From Patescibacteria group bacterium (GTDB taxonomy: Bacteria; Patescibacteriota; Patescibacteriia; Patescibacteriales; UBA12465), in the NCBI GenBank assembly GCA_050949505.1, contig JBMNFV010000001.1, positions 637,644 to 701,643 on the forward strand: DNA of 64,000 nt. Reading direction: 5' to 3'. How positions within the stretch are numbered: the stretch's first letter is position 1; each line of letters starts with the position of its first letter. The notes under the pieces were generated by a model, which was not told the DNA's origin, made no database searches, and saw only the letters and a list, made by a program, of their open reading frames with translations. The translations under genes and the position numbers were made by a program. Shown here in pieces: positions 53,723 through 63,806 of this stretch.

Positions 53723-53746
53723 AAAAACGCGAATTAACGCGTTTTT
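53723..53746. terminator. Palindromic hairpin between dnaJ and tatD; a possible terminator of the heat-shock operon
   Basis: aaaaacgcg-aattaa-cgcgttttt is a symmetric stem with A/T-run arms. Its position 8 nt before the tatD start makes its role uncertain. Confidence 0.4.
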
Positions 53747-53833
53747 ATTATATCAAATAATCAGAGGAAGTCAATAATCAATAAAAATGGTTTTTAGCTA
53801 AAATTAAGTAAAATAATTGGAATATCTACAGGC

Positions 53834-54919
53834 TTAAATATTTAATTCCTTAAGTAGTTGTTGTTGTTTCTTATTTAACTTACTAGGAATTGTCACCTTA
53901 ATCTTAACATAATGGTCTCCCTGGTCACTAGAGTGTAGTTTAGAAATCCCCTTGCCCCTAACCTTAAAAACAGTTTCTGCTTGAGTTCCGGCAGGGATCT
54001 TTAACTTCACCTGACCATGAATAGTCTCTAGGTCAATCTTGTCGCCTAAAATTGCTTGAGTAATACTAATTTTTTGTTCAGTATGAATATTATAACCTTC
54101 TCTAATAAATCGTCGGTCAGCCTTGACCTTAATCCTGAGATATAAGTCTCCTGCTGCTCCGCCTTTCATACCCGCCTCACCTTGTCCACTTAGTCTAATT
54201 GACTCTCCAGTGTCTATGCCGGCCGGGATTCTCACCTTTAGTTTAACCTTATCTTGAGTAATGCCTAGACCCGCACAACGCTTACACTTCTGTTCATAAG
54301 TCTGCCCTTCACCCTGACAAGTTGGGCAGACTGACTGGGACTTAATATTACCTAAAATAGTTCGCTGCAGTTTGCTCACTTGACCCGTTCCCTGACAAGT
54401 AGCACAAGTCTCCACCTTGGTATTCGGTTCTGCTCCCGCTCCCTGACAATGAGCACAGGTAACATTTTTAGAAAACTCTAATTCTTTTTCGGCGCCAAAT
54501 ACCGCTTCCTGGAAATCTAGGGTTAACATCATTTCTATATCTCGTCCTCGTCGCTTAGTTGAGCGACCACCTTCTGCTGAGCGTCCTCCAAAGCCAAAAA
54601 TATCACCAAAGCCTCCAAAAAGGTCATCTAAATCAACATTAATTCCTCCCTGCCAGTTACCAAAACCTTGACCACTAAAGCCGCTCCAGCCACCACCTGC
54701 ACCGCCACCACTAAAGGCGGCTGAGCCAAACTGGTCATAGCGCTGCCTCTTTTCGGCATTGCCTAAAACTTGATAAGCCTCATTAAGCTCCTTAAACTTC
54801 TCCTGATCACCCCCCTTATCGGGATGATGCTCATGAGCTTTCTTACGAAAAGCCGTTTTTATTTCTTCGGCGGAGGCGGTTTTATTAACTCCTAAAATTT
54901 GATAATAGTCTTTGTCCAT
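53834..54919 (-). CDS. dnaJ: Chaperone DnaJ
   Basis: J domain DYYQILGV...HPDK, a G/F-rich region, and four CxxCxGxG motifs (CAHCQGAG, CATCQGTG, CPTCQGEG, CKRCAGLG). I prefer the ATG at 54919. Confidence 0.95.
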   Translation of the reverse strand: MDKDYYQILGVNKTASAEEIKTAFRKKAHEHHPDKGGDQEKFKELNEAYQVLGNAEKRQRYDQFGSAAFSGGGAGGGWSGFSGQGFGNWQGGINVDLDDLFGGFGDIFGFGGRSAEGGRSTKRRGRDIEMMLTLDFQEAVFGAEKELEFSKNVTCAHCQGAGAEPNTKVETCATCQGTGQVSKLQRTILGNIKSQSVCPTCQGEGQTYEQKCKRCAGLGITQDKVKLKVRIPAGIDTGESIRLSGQGEAGMKGGAAGDLYLRIKVKADRRFIREGYNIHTEQKISITQAILGDKIDLETIHGQVKLKIPAGTQAETVFKVRGKGISKLHSSDQGDHYVKIKVTIPSKLNKKQQQLLKELNI

Positions 54920-54975
54920 ATTTTTTACTCTCCGACCCATTCCTGCTTTAGCAGAAATGGGTTAAGAATAAATAA

Positions 54976-56895
54976 TTACTTATCGGTCTCTGGACCTGTT
55001 TGTCCTTCTTCTGAATTAGTTTCCTCAACCTCGCCTTCAACTACCTGCTCTCCTTCTTTAGCGGGCTCTTCTTTGACCTCAGCCTCTGGAGTGGCTTGCT
55101 GCTGATACATCGCTGCCCCAATCTTTTGAGCAAGTTCATTAATTTCTTCCATTTTCTTCTTCAGTTCCTCTGTCTGTCCTTCGGCCTGAATCTTTTTCAG
55201 TTCAGCGGTCTTGGTTTCTAGTTCCTGCTTATCCTCAGGCTTCATCTTGTCGCCTGACTCTTTAAGCATTTTTTCCATAGTGAAAATCACAGCATCAACC
55301 TGATTCTTGACCTCCGCCGCTTCTTTCTTTTGCTTATCCTCAGTGGCATGAATCTCGGCCTCTTTTTTCATTTTCTCAATCTCCTCATCAGATAAGCCAG
55401 ATGAAGCGGTAATGGTGATCTTTTGCTGCTTATTAGTTGCCTTATCAGTAGCCGACACATTCAAAATACCATTAGCATCTAAGTCAAACTTAACCTCTAC
55501 TTGTGGCACCCCTCGGGGAGCAGCGGGAATGCCGTCTAAAGTGAAGTGGCCTAAAGTTTTGTTATCACTAGCCATTGGCCGCTCACCTTGAACTACATGA
55601 ATTTCTACTGCTGTCTGTCCATCGGCTGCCGTGGAGAAAATTTGTGACTTAGAGGCGGGGATGGTGGTATTGCGTTCAATCAAAGGAGTCGCCACTCCAC
55701 CCAAAGTTTCTATTCCTAAAGTTAAGGGAGTGACATCTAGCAACAATACATCCTTAACATCTCCTTGTAATACTCCGGCCTGAACAGCGGCTCCAGTAGC
55801 CACCACTTCATCGGGATTAACGGTTAGGTTAGGCTCTTTACCGAAGAACTCTTTAACCTTCTGCACCACTAATGGCATTCTGGTCATTCCGCCAACTAAA
55901 ATAACTTCCTCAATATCTTCCACCTTAAAGCCGGCATCATCTAGAGCTTGGCGACAAGGCTCAATTGTTTTGTCCACCAAATCAGCCACCAAGGACTCCA
56001 GTTTAGCTCTAGTCATTTTCATTACCAAATGCTTAGGTCCATTTTCATCGGTAGTGATAAAGGGTTGATTAATCTCTGTTTCCTGAGCAGTTGATAGTTC
56101 AATCTTTGCTTTCTCAGCTGACTCCTTGATTCTCTGCAAGGCTAAGGTATCTTTAGACAAATCAATGCCCTGATCTTTTTTAAATTCCTCAATAATCCAG
56201 TTAATAATCTTCTGATCAAAATCTTCTCCGCCTAAGTGAGTGTTCCCGTTAGTAGCCTTAACCTCCACTGTGTCGGCAGAAATATCTAAGACGGAAACAT
56301 CAAAAGTCCCTCCTCCAAGATCGTAAACCACTGCCTGCTGCCCCTTCTTTTTATCAAAGCCATAGGCGAGAGCGGCGGCGGTTGGTTCGTTAATAATCCG
56401 CTCCACTTCCAGACCAGCAATCGCTCCGGCATCCTTAGTGGCTTGTCGTTGCGAATCATTGAAATAGGCGGGGACGGTAATAATTGCCTTGGTAATTGGC
56501 TCACCAATCTTAGCCTCAGCATCAGCTTTTAATTTAGCTAAAATCATCGCCGAGATCTCCTGGGGACTATAGTCTTTATCGCCTAAGGTAACTTTCACCC
56601 CTTCGCCTGATTGAACTATTTTATAGGGGGCAGTCCGAGCATCCTTTTGGACCTCTTCTTCTGAAAAGTGGCGACCAATTAAGCGCTTAACCGCATACAC
56701 GGTATTCTCAGGATTAATGACCGATTGGCGCTTAGCGGCTTGACCCACTAAGCGTTCGTTGTTTTTAGAGACGGCCACTATTGAGGGAGTCGTTCGGTTT
56801 CCTTCAATATTCTCTATAATCTTGGGTAGACCACCTTCCATGATCGCCATGGCGGAATTAGTGGTTCCCAAATCTATTCCTAAAATTTTTGACAT
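54976..56895 (-). CDS. dnaK: Chaperone DnaK (Hsp70)
   Basis: [19 protein letters not shown] and [11 protein letters not shown] equivalents are present. Confidence 0.98.
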   Translation of the reverse strand: MSKILGIDLGTTNSAMAIMEGGLPKIIENIEGNRTTPSIVAVSKNNERLVGQAAKRQSVINPENTVYAVKRLIGRHFSEEEVQKDARTAPYKIVQSGEGVKVTLGDKDYSPQEISAMILAKLKADAEAKIGEPITKAIITVPAYFNDSQRQATKDAGAIAGLEVERIINEPTAAALAYGFDKKKGQQAVVYDLGGGTFDVSVLDISADTVEVKATNGNTHLGGEDFDQKIINWIIEEFKKDQGIDLSKDTLALQRIKESAEKAKIELSTAQETEINQPFITTDENGPKHLVMKMTRAKLESLVADLVDKTIEPCRQALDDAGFKVEDIEEVILVGGMTRMPLVVQKVKEFFGKEPNLTVNPDEVVATGAAVQAGVLQGDVKDVLLLDVTPLTLGIETLGGVATPLIERNTTIPASKSQIFSTAADGQTAVEIHVVQGERPMASDNKTLGHFTLDGIPAAPRGVPQVEVKFDLDANGILNVSATDKATNKQQKITITASSGLSDEEIEKMKKEAEIHATEDKQKKEAAEVKNQVDAVIFTMEKMLKESGDKMKPEDKQELETKTAELKKIQAEGQTEELKKKMEEINELAQKIGAAMYQQQATPEAEVKEEPAKEGEQVVEGEVEETNSEEGQTGPETDK

Positions 56896-56907
56896 ATTTT
56901 TTTATTA

Positions 56908-57339
56908 TTATTTTTTCTTATTTTTTATTTTAATCACTTTAGCCTGTTTAGCGGTTAATTTTGGAATGGTAATTTTCAAAATTCCTTCCTCATTAACTGC
57001 CTCGGCTTCATCACCATTGACCTTAGCGGGCAAAGGGAGGGAGCGATAAAATGAGCCTCGCCTAATCTCCTGACGATAATAGTTCTTATCATCCACCTCG
57101 CTCTTTTTCTCACTCTCGCCTTTAATCGCGAGCACATTATTCTCAATTGAGACCTTAACCTGCTCAGGATTAATTCCCCCTAACTGCACTTCAACAATGA
57201 TGTTATGCTTATCCTCATACATATCTAGGGCTGGGGTAAAGCCAAATTGACTTCCTCTAACTGTTGGCAACATGGAGTCCATTAGTTTATCCAGGTCGTC
57301 AAAGTCAGGGAAAATTGGGGTCCATTTAATTAATGACAT
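56908..57339 (-). CDS. Hsp20/alpha-crystallin small heat-shock protein
   Basis: Alpha-crystallin domain: PALDMYEDKHNIIVEVQLGGINPEQVKVSIENNVLAIKGE...FYRSLPLP...GILKITIPK. Confidence 0.9.
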   Translation of the reverse strand: MSLIKWTPIFPDFDDLDKLMDSMLPTVRGSQFGFTPALDMYEDKHNIIVEVQLGGINPEQVKVSIENNVLAIKGESEKKSEVDDKNYYRQEIRRGSFYRSLPLPAKVNGDEAEAVNEEGILKITIPKLTAKQAKVIKIKNKKK

Positions 57340-57413
57340 AGATTTTTACCTATTCTTCTCCCTAAACTAGCTTAACTAGTGGTAGGAAAAAGAATCTTAA
57401 TTAATATTTTTTA

Positions 57414-58037
57414 TTATTTTTTATCAGCGACCTTAACCTTAGCTGGTCTAATCACTCGGTCCTGCAATTTGTAGCCTGGTTTCACTTCTACTTGGACAAT
57501 ATCGCCGGTACCCGCGACTGCCTCCATAGTGTCATGATCAAATTTCTCACCAACAGTTTTTATCTCCGTAACGCCATAAACTGCTAAGACCTCTTTAAAT
57601 TGCTTTAATACCAGGTTAACTCCTTGCACCCAGGGGCTGCGCTGCTCCGCCTCACTTAAATTAGCGACTGACATCTTTAAATGGTCATAAACGGGCAGAA
57701 TTTCTTGCAAGAAATCTTCTAGGGCATATTTAATAAAACTTTCTTTCTCCTTAACTTGCTGTTTTACTAAATTCTGATAGTCAGCTAGGGCTCTTAGATA
57801 TTTATTCTCCCAAGAGTCGGTTTCGGCCTCAATAAACTCAAACCGGGGCTGAACGCCAGACTTGGTCTCTACTTGAGATAGAAACTCTTCCTTAGTTCTT
57901 ACCCAAATCTTTTTTTCATCTTTTAGGTCCTGATAAACAACTAAGTCTTGTTTTTGGTCTGAACCCTTGGCTAAATTGAGCAGGCGATATTCCCTGCCTT
58001 TAAAATGACGGTACCGTCCTGTTTTTAGTTCTGACAT
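57414..58037 (-). CDS. grpE: GrpE nucleotide exchange factor with an N-terminal DUF1653-like domain
   Basis: The N-terminal approx 70 aa (GRYRHFKGREYRLLNLAKGSDQKQDLVVYQDL...IWVRTKEEFLSQVE...PRFEFI) match the DUF1653 pattern. The remainder is GrpE (YLRALADYQNL...LPVYDHL...GEKFDHDTMEAV...GYKLQDRVIRPAKVKV). Confidence 0.8.
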   Translation of the reverse strand: MSELKTGRYRHFKGREYRLLNLAKGSDQKQDLVVYQDLKDEKKIWVRTKEEFLSQVETKSGVQPRFEFIEAETDSWENKYLRALADYQNLVKQQVKEKESFIKYALEDFLQEILPVYDHLKMSVANLSEAEQRSPWVQGVNLVLKQFKEVLAVYGVTEIKTVGEKFDHDTMEAVAGTGDIVQVEVKPGYKLQDRVIRPAKVKVADKK

Positions 58038-58046
58038 AGTTAATGA

Positions 58047-58739
58047 TTATTTAAACTTATTATTTAAAAACTCTATTAAAGCGATATTTTTATCATAGTC
58101 CATCCGCATCGGCCCTAAAATACCAATCACCCCGTGCTGTTTATTCTTTTCATACTTCAAGAGCACCGTGCTTAAAAAATTACCAAAAGGATTCTGACTA
58201 CCAATTAATACTTGTGTTCCTAGCTCTAAATCTTCAAAGACCTCGTCAATAATTTCTTCTAAGCGGTCAATAATGGCTGAGGCATCATAGACCATTTTTG
58301 CTTGACTAAATTCTGCTTGTGAAAAAAGATTGCTTAAGCCAGTATAATATAGATCATTCTTATGAAAGGCCCAAAAAACTGCTCCCTTGGATAATTCAGA
58401 AATTAGTTTAGCAGTTTGCCGATAGGAACTTTCATCTTCCTGAAAAACTTGATTGAGCTGGGCTAATTCTGAGTCGGATAGCTTAACCTTAATTCCTTCA
58501 TTAATTATTTTCTCTAAATATTGCTCATAGGCAATTTCAGTTGGCAAACGCCCGGCTGAGGTATGGGGTTGATAAATATAGCCCGCCTCTTCTAGCTCCA
58601 TCATTTCATTTCTAACCGTCGCTGGAGACACCTTAAGGCAATACTTATCAACTAGCACTCCTGAAGAAACCGGCGCCGCGGTTTCTAGATGCTCTTTGAT
58701 AATAATTTCTAAAATTGTCTGCTTACGCGGAGAGATCAT
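58047..58739 (-). CDS. hrcA: Heat-inducible transcription repressor HrcA, short form (230 aa)
   Basis: N-terminal winged helix: RKQTILEIIIKEHLETAAPVSSGVL...SPATVRNEMMELEEAGYIYQPHTSAGRLPT. A CIRCE operator lies immediately upstream. Confidence 0.85.
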   Translation of the reverse strand: MISPRKQTILEIIIKEHLETAAPVSSGVLVDKYCLKVSPATVRNEMMELEEAGYIYQPHTSAGRLPTEIAYEQYLEKIINEGIKVKLSDSELAQLNQVFQEDESSYRQTAKLISELSKGAVFWAFHKNDLYYTGLSNLFSQAEFSQAKMVYDASAIIDRLEEIIDEVFEDLELGTQVLIGSQNPFGNFLSTVLLKYEKNKQHGVIGILGPMRMDYDKNIALIEFLNNKFK

Positions 58740-58762
58740 AAAGTTATAAAACTAATAGTCTC

Positions 58763-58802
58763 ATTATAAACAAAATTAGCACTCAAGTCAAGAGAGTGCT
58801 AA
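58763..58802 (-). promoter_or_regulatory. hrcA operon promoter overlapped by a perfect CIRCE operator
   Basis: CIRCE TTAGCACTC-N9-GAGTGCTAA at 58776..58802 is a perfect match to the consensus. On the minus strand, TTGACT (58791..58786)-N17-TATAAT (58768..58763); the -35 hexamer lies inside the CIRCE spacer. Confidence 0.85.
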
Positions 58803-58836
58803 ATATTGCTATTTATATTGATTATTAGCCAAAAAA

Positions 58837-59328
58837 CTACATCCCTAATTTTTGCTTCACTTTCATGTTTAGCTCATAAACTGCCGGTGTATTCAATTTC
58901 TTCATAGAAAAATCCTGACTAGCCCGATAACCTAAACTATAGTATTTTAATGGCAACTGATTAATCAAACTATCGGTTAAAAGATGTACTGACCCAGAGA
59001 AGGCGAGGCTAATTAAGGCTACTTTAGCTAAAGTTTTTTTTCTAAACAGATAAGCGGCTAGTCCTAAGAGGGGCAGATACTCCCAAGCATGGAACCAAAG
59101 ATAGGCTTTTTCACTATAGAGAAACTGACGTCCTTGAAAGAAATACAAGAGCTGAAACTTTTCAGGAAAAACTAACCAGTATTCTAAGACATGGTCCAGG
59201 TCAATAAAAAAGCCGCCGATAATTCCTAAGGCTATCCCTAGCCAGAGTCGTTTAAAATAATAACCGACCAGGGCGCCACTAAGCACGGCCAAAATAAAAT
59301 GCAAAGATAAATGAATGCTTAAAGGCAT
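58837..59328 (-). CDS. Small polytopic membrane protein (possibly a DUF457/YdjM-like metal-dependent hydrolase)
   Basis: Four to five TM helices, with conserved-looking FIDLDHVLEY and SGSVHLLTDS. Confidence 0.35.
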   Translation of the reverse strand: MPLSIHLSLHFILAVLSGALVGYYFKRLWLGIALGIIGGFFIDLDHVLEYWLVFPEKFQLLYFFQGRQFLYSEKAYLWFHAWEYLPLLGLAAYLFRKKTLAKVALISLAFSGSVHLLTDSLINQLPLKYYSLGYRASQDFSMKKLNTPAVYELNMKVKQKLGM

Positions 59329-59349
59329 AATAATTATTAGTTAAATTTC

Positions 59350-61464
59350 TTAATTCTCCGCCTGCCTGCTCGGATCAAAATACCAAGCGAGGATTTCTCG
59401 GGCAATTGGCGCTGCCATGGTGCTTCCTTCTACCCCTTCTTCCACTAAGACCACTAAGGCCAGTTCTGGCTTCTCATAGGGAGCAAAAGCGATAAACCAG
59501 GCATGGGGAGAATAGCGACTAGACCACTGGGCTGTTCCCGTCTTTCCAGCAGCTGCAATGGGCAAGCTTCCTAGAGACTGGGCGCTACCGGCGGTAATGG
59601 TTTGGCGCATCCCCTCTCTAACTATTTTTAAATTATCACTGGAAATAAAATTACTTCTTATCACTGTTGGTTTAATCTCTTGGACCACCTCATTGCTCGG
59701 GCTGAGCAAATTCTTAACTAAACGGGGCTGATAAAGCGTTCCCCCATTAGCAATGGCGGCGGTATAGTTAAGCACTTGCAAGGGGGTGGTTAAAACATCT
59801 CCCTGGCCAATAGATACATGATAAGTGTCTCCAATATACCAAGCCTCTTGCTTAACCGTTTCCTTCCACTCCTTGCTGGGGACTAAGCCACTTAACTCAC
59901 CCGGCAAGTCCAGACCGCTAGCTGTTCCTAGACCAAAGAGCTTAGCATACTTAACTAAACGATCTATCCCCAGGCCAACAAAGTCCTGGTAGCCGCCGCC
60001 GATATAATAGAAAAAGGTATTTACTGACTCAGCAATCGCTTTGCGAACATCAGTTAGTCCGTGCCCACCAGCCTTCCAGTCAGGAAAGAACCAAACATTA
60101 ATCCCAATTCCTCCCACACTATTTATTTTAGTATTAGCACTAATTACGCCCTCCTCCAAGGCTCCAGCCGCAAAAATTGGTTTAATAGTTGAACCTGATG
60201 GATACTCCCCGCCAATCGCTCGGTTAAGTAGTGGCTTGTTTTTATCCGCCAATAGGGCGCTATAGTCAGTCTGGCTAATTCCCCGCGCAAAGAGATTATT
60301 ATTATAGGCTGGCAAGGAGACTAGGCTTAAAATTTCCCCATTATTAGGATTCATAATAATAACTACCCCTCGGCTAAGTTGATTTCTATCTAAATAGCTT
60401 TGCAAGATCTCCTCACTCTTTAATTGTAAGTCTAAATCCAAAGTTAATTGCAAATTATCACCATCAATTGCGCCCCGCTCACTAACCACTCGCTTTTGTC
60501 GTCCTAAGGCATCAACTTCAATGCTTTTGTTTCCCACCACTCCCCTAAGTTCAGTCTCCCAGGAATTCTCTATCCCCGCTTTGCCCAGATAGTCTATCGG
60601 TGAATACTTCGGAGCTAGTCTTGTTAATTCTGTTTGATTAATTTTACCAGTATAGCCTAAAAGATGCGCTAGACTACTTTCTCCTAATACCGAAAAATTA
60701 TCCTGATAGTCTAGTGGCAGGAGATATTCTCGCTTAGTCTTGCTAGAGAGGAATACTCCTGGCCATTGCGGCAAGTGGAGCATGATGTCTATAGCTTGCT
60801 CATATTCTATGTTCTCGGCCACAAACAGGGGCTGGTAGGACTCTAAAGAGCCTAGCTTCACTTTGGCTAAAGATTCTTTAGTTTGATAGAAAATAGGCGA
60901 GTCGCTAATAATATTTAAGTGCTGAGCTGAGTCAGTCTCAGTTGCTAATACTAATTCTTCATTAACTGGTGAGTCTGCCAGCCGGCCTTCTATGACCGCA
61001 CTGATTTCTCTTAAAAGCTCATCCCGAACTAGCTCTTCACGGGGCAAGTCTATTGGTCGTAGATAAAGAACAAAGTTGGCTTTGTTTCTTACCAAAGGGC
61101 GCAGGTCTTTATCGTAAATAATCCCTCTTTTAGGCTCTATCACTTCCGAACGCAAACGATTCCCCTCAGCTAACAAGCGATAATAGTCGCCTTTAACTAC
61201 CTGCAACCAAACTGAGCGACCGATAATAATTCCTAGAGCGATAATGAGTACTAGGTAGAAATATTTTAATTTAGCAAAATTAAAGGTCAGACTAAGGGCT
61301 TCCTTGTTGCCCTCATCTGATAGGAAAGATTGCTCTACCCAATCAGCTTGATAGGCCGGGTCTTTTAAGTGCCCATACTGTCCGCCCTCCTTAACTAAAA
61401 ACGGGTCAGCCTGCTCATCGGTTAAAAATTGAGTTTTAATTTTTCTAGCTTTAAATTTAAACAT
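59350..61464 (-). CDS. Class B penicillin-binding protein (PBP2/FtsI-type transpeptidase)
   Basis: N-terminal TM anchor. Transpeptidase motifs are SGSTIKP (SxxK), ESVN (SxN) and AGKTGTA (KTG). Confidence 0.9.
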   Translation of the reverse strand: MFKFKARKIKTQFLTDEQADPFLVKEGGQYGHLKDPAYQADWVEQSFLSDEGNKEALSLTFNFAKLKYFYLVLIIALGIIIGRSVWLQVVKGDYYRLLAEGNRLRSEVIEPKRGIIYDKDLRPLVRNKANFVLYLRPIDLPREELVRDELLREISAVIEGRLADSPVNEELVLATETDSAQHLNIISDSPIFYQTKESLAKVKLGSLESYQPLFVAENIEYEQAIDIMLHLPQWPGVFLSSKTKREYLLPLDYQDNFSVLGESSLAHLLGYTGKINQTELTRLAPKYSPIDYLGKAGIENSWETELRGVVGNKSIEVDALGRQKRVVSERGAIDGDNLQLTLDLDLQLKSEEILQSYLDRNQLSRGVVIIMNPNNGEILSLVSLPAYNNNLFARGISQTDYSALLADKNKPLLNRAIGGEYPSGSTIKPIFAAGALEEGVISANTKINSVGGIGINVWFFPDWKAGGHGLTDVRKAIAESVNTFFYYIGGGYQDFVGLGIDRLVKYAKLFGLGTASGLDLPGELSGLVPSKEWKETVKQEAWYIGDTYHVSIGQGDVLTTPLQVLNYTAAIANGGTLYQPRLVKNLLSPSNEVVQEIKPTVIRSNFISSDNLKIVREGMRQTITAGSAQSLGSLPIAAAGKTGTAQWSSRYSPHAWFIAFAPYEKPELALVVLVEEGVEGSTMAAPIAREILAWYFDPSRQAEN

Positions 61465-61625
61465 AATCTTACCTCAACATAAACAATCTTAACGCTAATT
61501 GCTCATTCTGGCAACTAAAAAACTTATCCCCAGGATAGTTAATTTCTTTATATTTTTTTCATTTTTTTAAGGATATAATAAACTTAGTTTAGTTAAATTT
61601 TTTATTTTATCTTTTATTATTTTCT

Positions 61626-62297
61626 ATGGCCCTACTCATCATTGAAGATGATCAAGATATTGTTCTCTCTTTAACTGTTTCTTTAAATCAAGCCGGCTTT
61701 GAAGTTAGTGCCGCTACTGACGGCCTAGAGGGCTTGCAAATGGCTCGCAGCAATCGCTATGAACTAATCATCTTAGATTGCAACCTCCCTCGCTTAAGTG
61801 GTTTTGAGATTATTAAAACACTCCGTGCCGAAAATATTGCCACTCCCATTATTATGCTCACGGTCTTAAGTGAACTTAATGATAAAATTACCGCCCTAGA
61901 CCTTGGTAGTGACGACTATCTATCCAAGCCTTTTTCTGCCTCAGAGTTAATTGCTAGAATCAAAGCCCAACTCAGGCGTCCCCAAGCCCTTCAGGGGCAA
62001 GTCATGAAGCTGGGCAACTTAGAATTAGACCCTAGTCGTTTCTTGGTGAAGCGCGGACATAAAAAAATTAAATTATCTACTAAGGAGTTCACCCTTTTAG
62101 AGCTATTATTAAAAAACAAAGGCCACTATCTACCTCGTCAAAAAATAATTGATCAAGTCTGGGATGAAAATGCAGACCCTTTTTCTAATACCCTAGAAGT
62201 CCATATTATGAACTTAAGGAAAAAATTAGCTTCCCGTGGCCAACCCCAGATCTATACCGCTAGCAATCGCGGTTACAAGATAGATTTAGAAAAATAA
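61626..62297 (+). CDS. OmpR/PhoB-family response regulator
   Basis: Receiver domain (LIIEDD...LIILDCNLP...DDYLSKPF) plus a winged-helix output domain (LSTKEFTLLELLLKN...EVHIMNLRKKL). Confidence 0.9.
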   Translation: MALLIIEDDQDIVLSLTVSLNQAGFEVSAATDGLEGLQMARSNRYELIILDCNLPRLSGFEIIKTLRAENIATPIIMLTVLSELNDKITALDLGSDDYLSKPFSASELIARIKAQLRRPQALQGQVMKLGNLELDPSRFLVKRGHKKIKLSTKEFTLLELLLKNKGHYLPRQKIIDQVWDENADPFSNTLEVHIMNLRKKLASRGQPQIYTASNRGYKIDLEK

Positions 62298-62366
62298 TTA
62301 ATTAGATTTTAATTTTAATAAAATAAAAATCAACCTTCTGTGTAGCAGGGGTTTTATTTTTTTATT

Positions 62367-63782
62367 ATGAAAAATAATATCTTTTTTAATAAACTTTCCG
62401 ATCTATTCTGGTTATTAGTTTTGCCCAATGGCTCCAGTCAGGCTCTCAGACGCCAACAGTTAATTGTTAATCTAGTTGCCCTAATTTCCATTCTCGCCCT
62501 ATTCTTTTTAATTATCTTTCAGTTAAGTGGTCTCATTTTTAATTGCCCCGGCCACTGTCCCCCGCTCTTGGTCTCCTTAGCTTATTTAATATTCTTTCTA
62601 GTAATTCTTTGGCTTAGTCACCAAGGACATCTTCAAGCCACTGCCTTCTTGATGATCACCATTTTCTCTTTCCCTGCTCTTTATCATTTAATTAACTGGG
62701 GAACAGACTTTCCCACGGCACTTATCTTAAGTATTCTAATTATTATTCTCAGTGGCATCTTTTTTGGTTCAACCGCAATTATTATCTCTACTCTAATAAC
62801 TGTCTGCCTCCTAATCTTAATTAGTTGGGCTCAGAATTGGGGATTAATCTCTGTCTATTCAAGTTGGCACCAGCACCCTGTCTCGGTGAGCATCGCGGTT
62901 ACTCATAGTGCCCTAATCTCCATTATCGCTACTGTCGCTTGGCTGTTTTGTCGAGAAACCAGTCAAGCTCTTCGGCGGGCTTTAGTTAGCGAACGACTAC
63001 TAACTGAAGAGAGAAATTTTCTAGAAGCGGAAGTGGACCTAAAAACCAAAGAAATGCTTGATCTAAAAAGTGAGCAGCTCAAGAAGTTGTGCCGTTTAGC
63101 TGAATTAGGGCGCCTATCATCGGGCATCTTCCACGATCTAATTAACCCGCTCAGTGCTATTTCTCTTAACCTAGAGCAAGTCAATGATCAAGCGCCAGCT
63201 CCCGCTGCTCAGGCTAAGCAATTTCTAAACCAAGCCCTAGTTGCCGCTAAGCGGGCGGAGCGATTAATTGGTTCCCTAAAAAGGCAGCTCAACCAAGAGT
63301 CTAGTATCTGTTGTTTTTGCTTAAATGACCTCTTGCTGGAAAGCTTAGAACTGCTTGGCTACAAGGCTCGTCAGGCCCAAGTGTCTTTTAGGCTAATTCT
63401 AAACAAGCAATACCAACTAACGGGTGACCCTCTTAAATTTAGCCAAGTGCTTACCAATATTTTAGCTAACGCTATTGAAGCCTGCGAAGCTAATGCCGCT
63501 AAAGAAGTTTTTATTACCCTAAGGGTCAGTCGGCGCCAGTCTGTTCTGAGTATTTCTGATCGGGGAACAGGAATAAATCCGAAGGACTTTTCTAAACTAT
63601 TTAAACCGCTGTTTAGCACTAAGGGCGGGGTTGGCCGAGGGACTGGCATTGGTCTAGCCATGAGCAAGGAGATCATTGAAAGAGACTTTTCTGGAAAAAT
63701 TGCCGTCGCTAACAATCCTTCCGGCGGAGCAAAGTTTAGCATTATCTTGCCTAACAAAAAACTAGACAGGATTTTTGTCTAG
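62367..63782 (+). CDS. Membrane sensor histidine kinase
   Basis: About six N-terminal TM helices, H-box GIFHDLINPLSAI, and HATPase_c motifs (NILANAIEA, DRGTGI, GTGIGLAM). Confidence 0.85.
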   Translation: MKNNIFFNKLSDLFWLLVLPNGSSQALRRQQLIVNLVALISILALFFLIIFQLSGLIFNCPGHCPPLLVSLAYLIFFLVILWLSHQGHLQATAFLMITIFSFPALYHLINWGTDFPTALILSILIIILSGIFFGSTAIIISTLITVCLLILISWAQNWGLISVYSSWHQHPVSVSIAVTHSALISIIATVAWLFCRETSQALRRALVSERLLTEERNFLEAEVDLKTKEMLDLKSEQLKKLCRLAELGRLSSGIFHDLINPLSAISLNLEQVNDQAPAPAAQAKQFLNQALVAAKRAERLIGSLKRQLNQESSICCFCLNDLLLESLELLGYKARQAQVSFRLILNKQYQLTGDPLKFSQVLTNILANAIEACEANAAKEVFITLRVSRRQSVLSISDRGTGINPKDFSKLFKPLFSTKGGVGRGTGIGLAMSKEIIERDFSGKIAVANNPSGGAKFSIILPNKKLDRIFV

Positions 63783-63806
63783 TTTAATAATCATTAATTA
63801 TTTTCC

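Noticed and set aside
53723-53746. Treating the palindromic hairpin before tatD as a definite operon boundary.
   Set aside because: It lies only 8 nt upstream of the tatD start and leaves no room for a tatD/atp promoter. It is kept as a low-confidence feature, because read-through or another role is equally possible.
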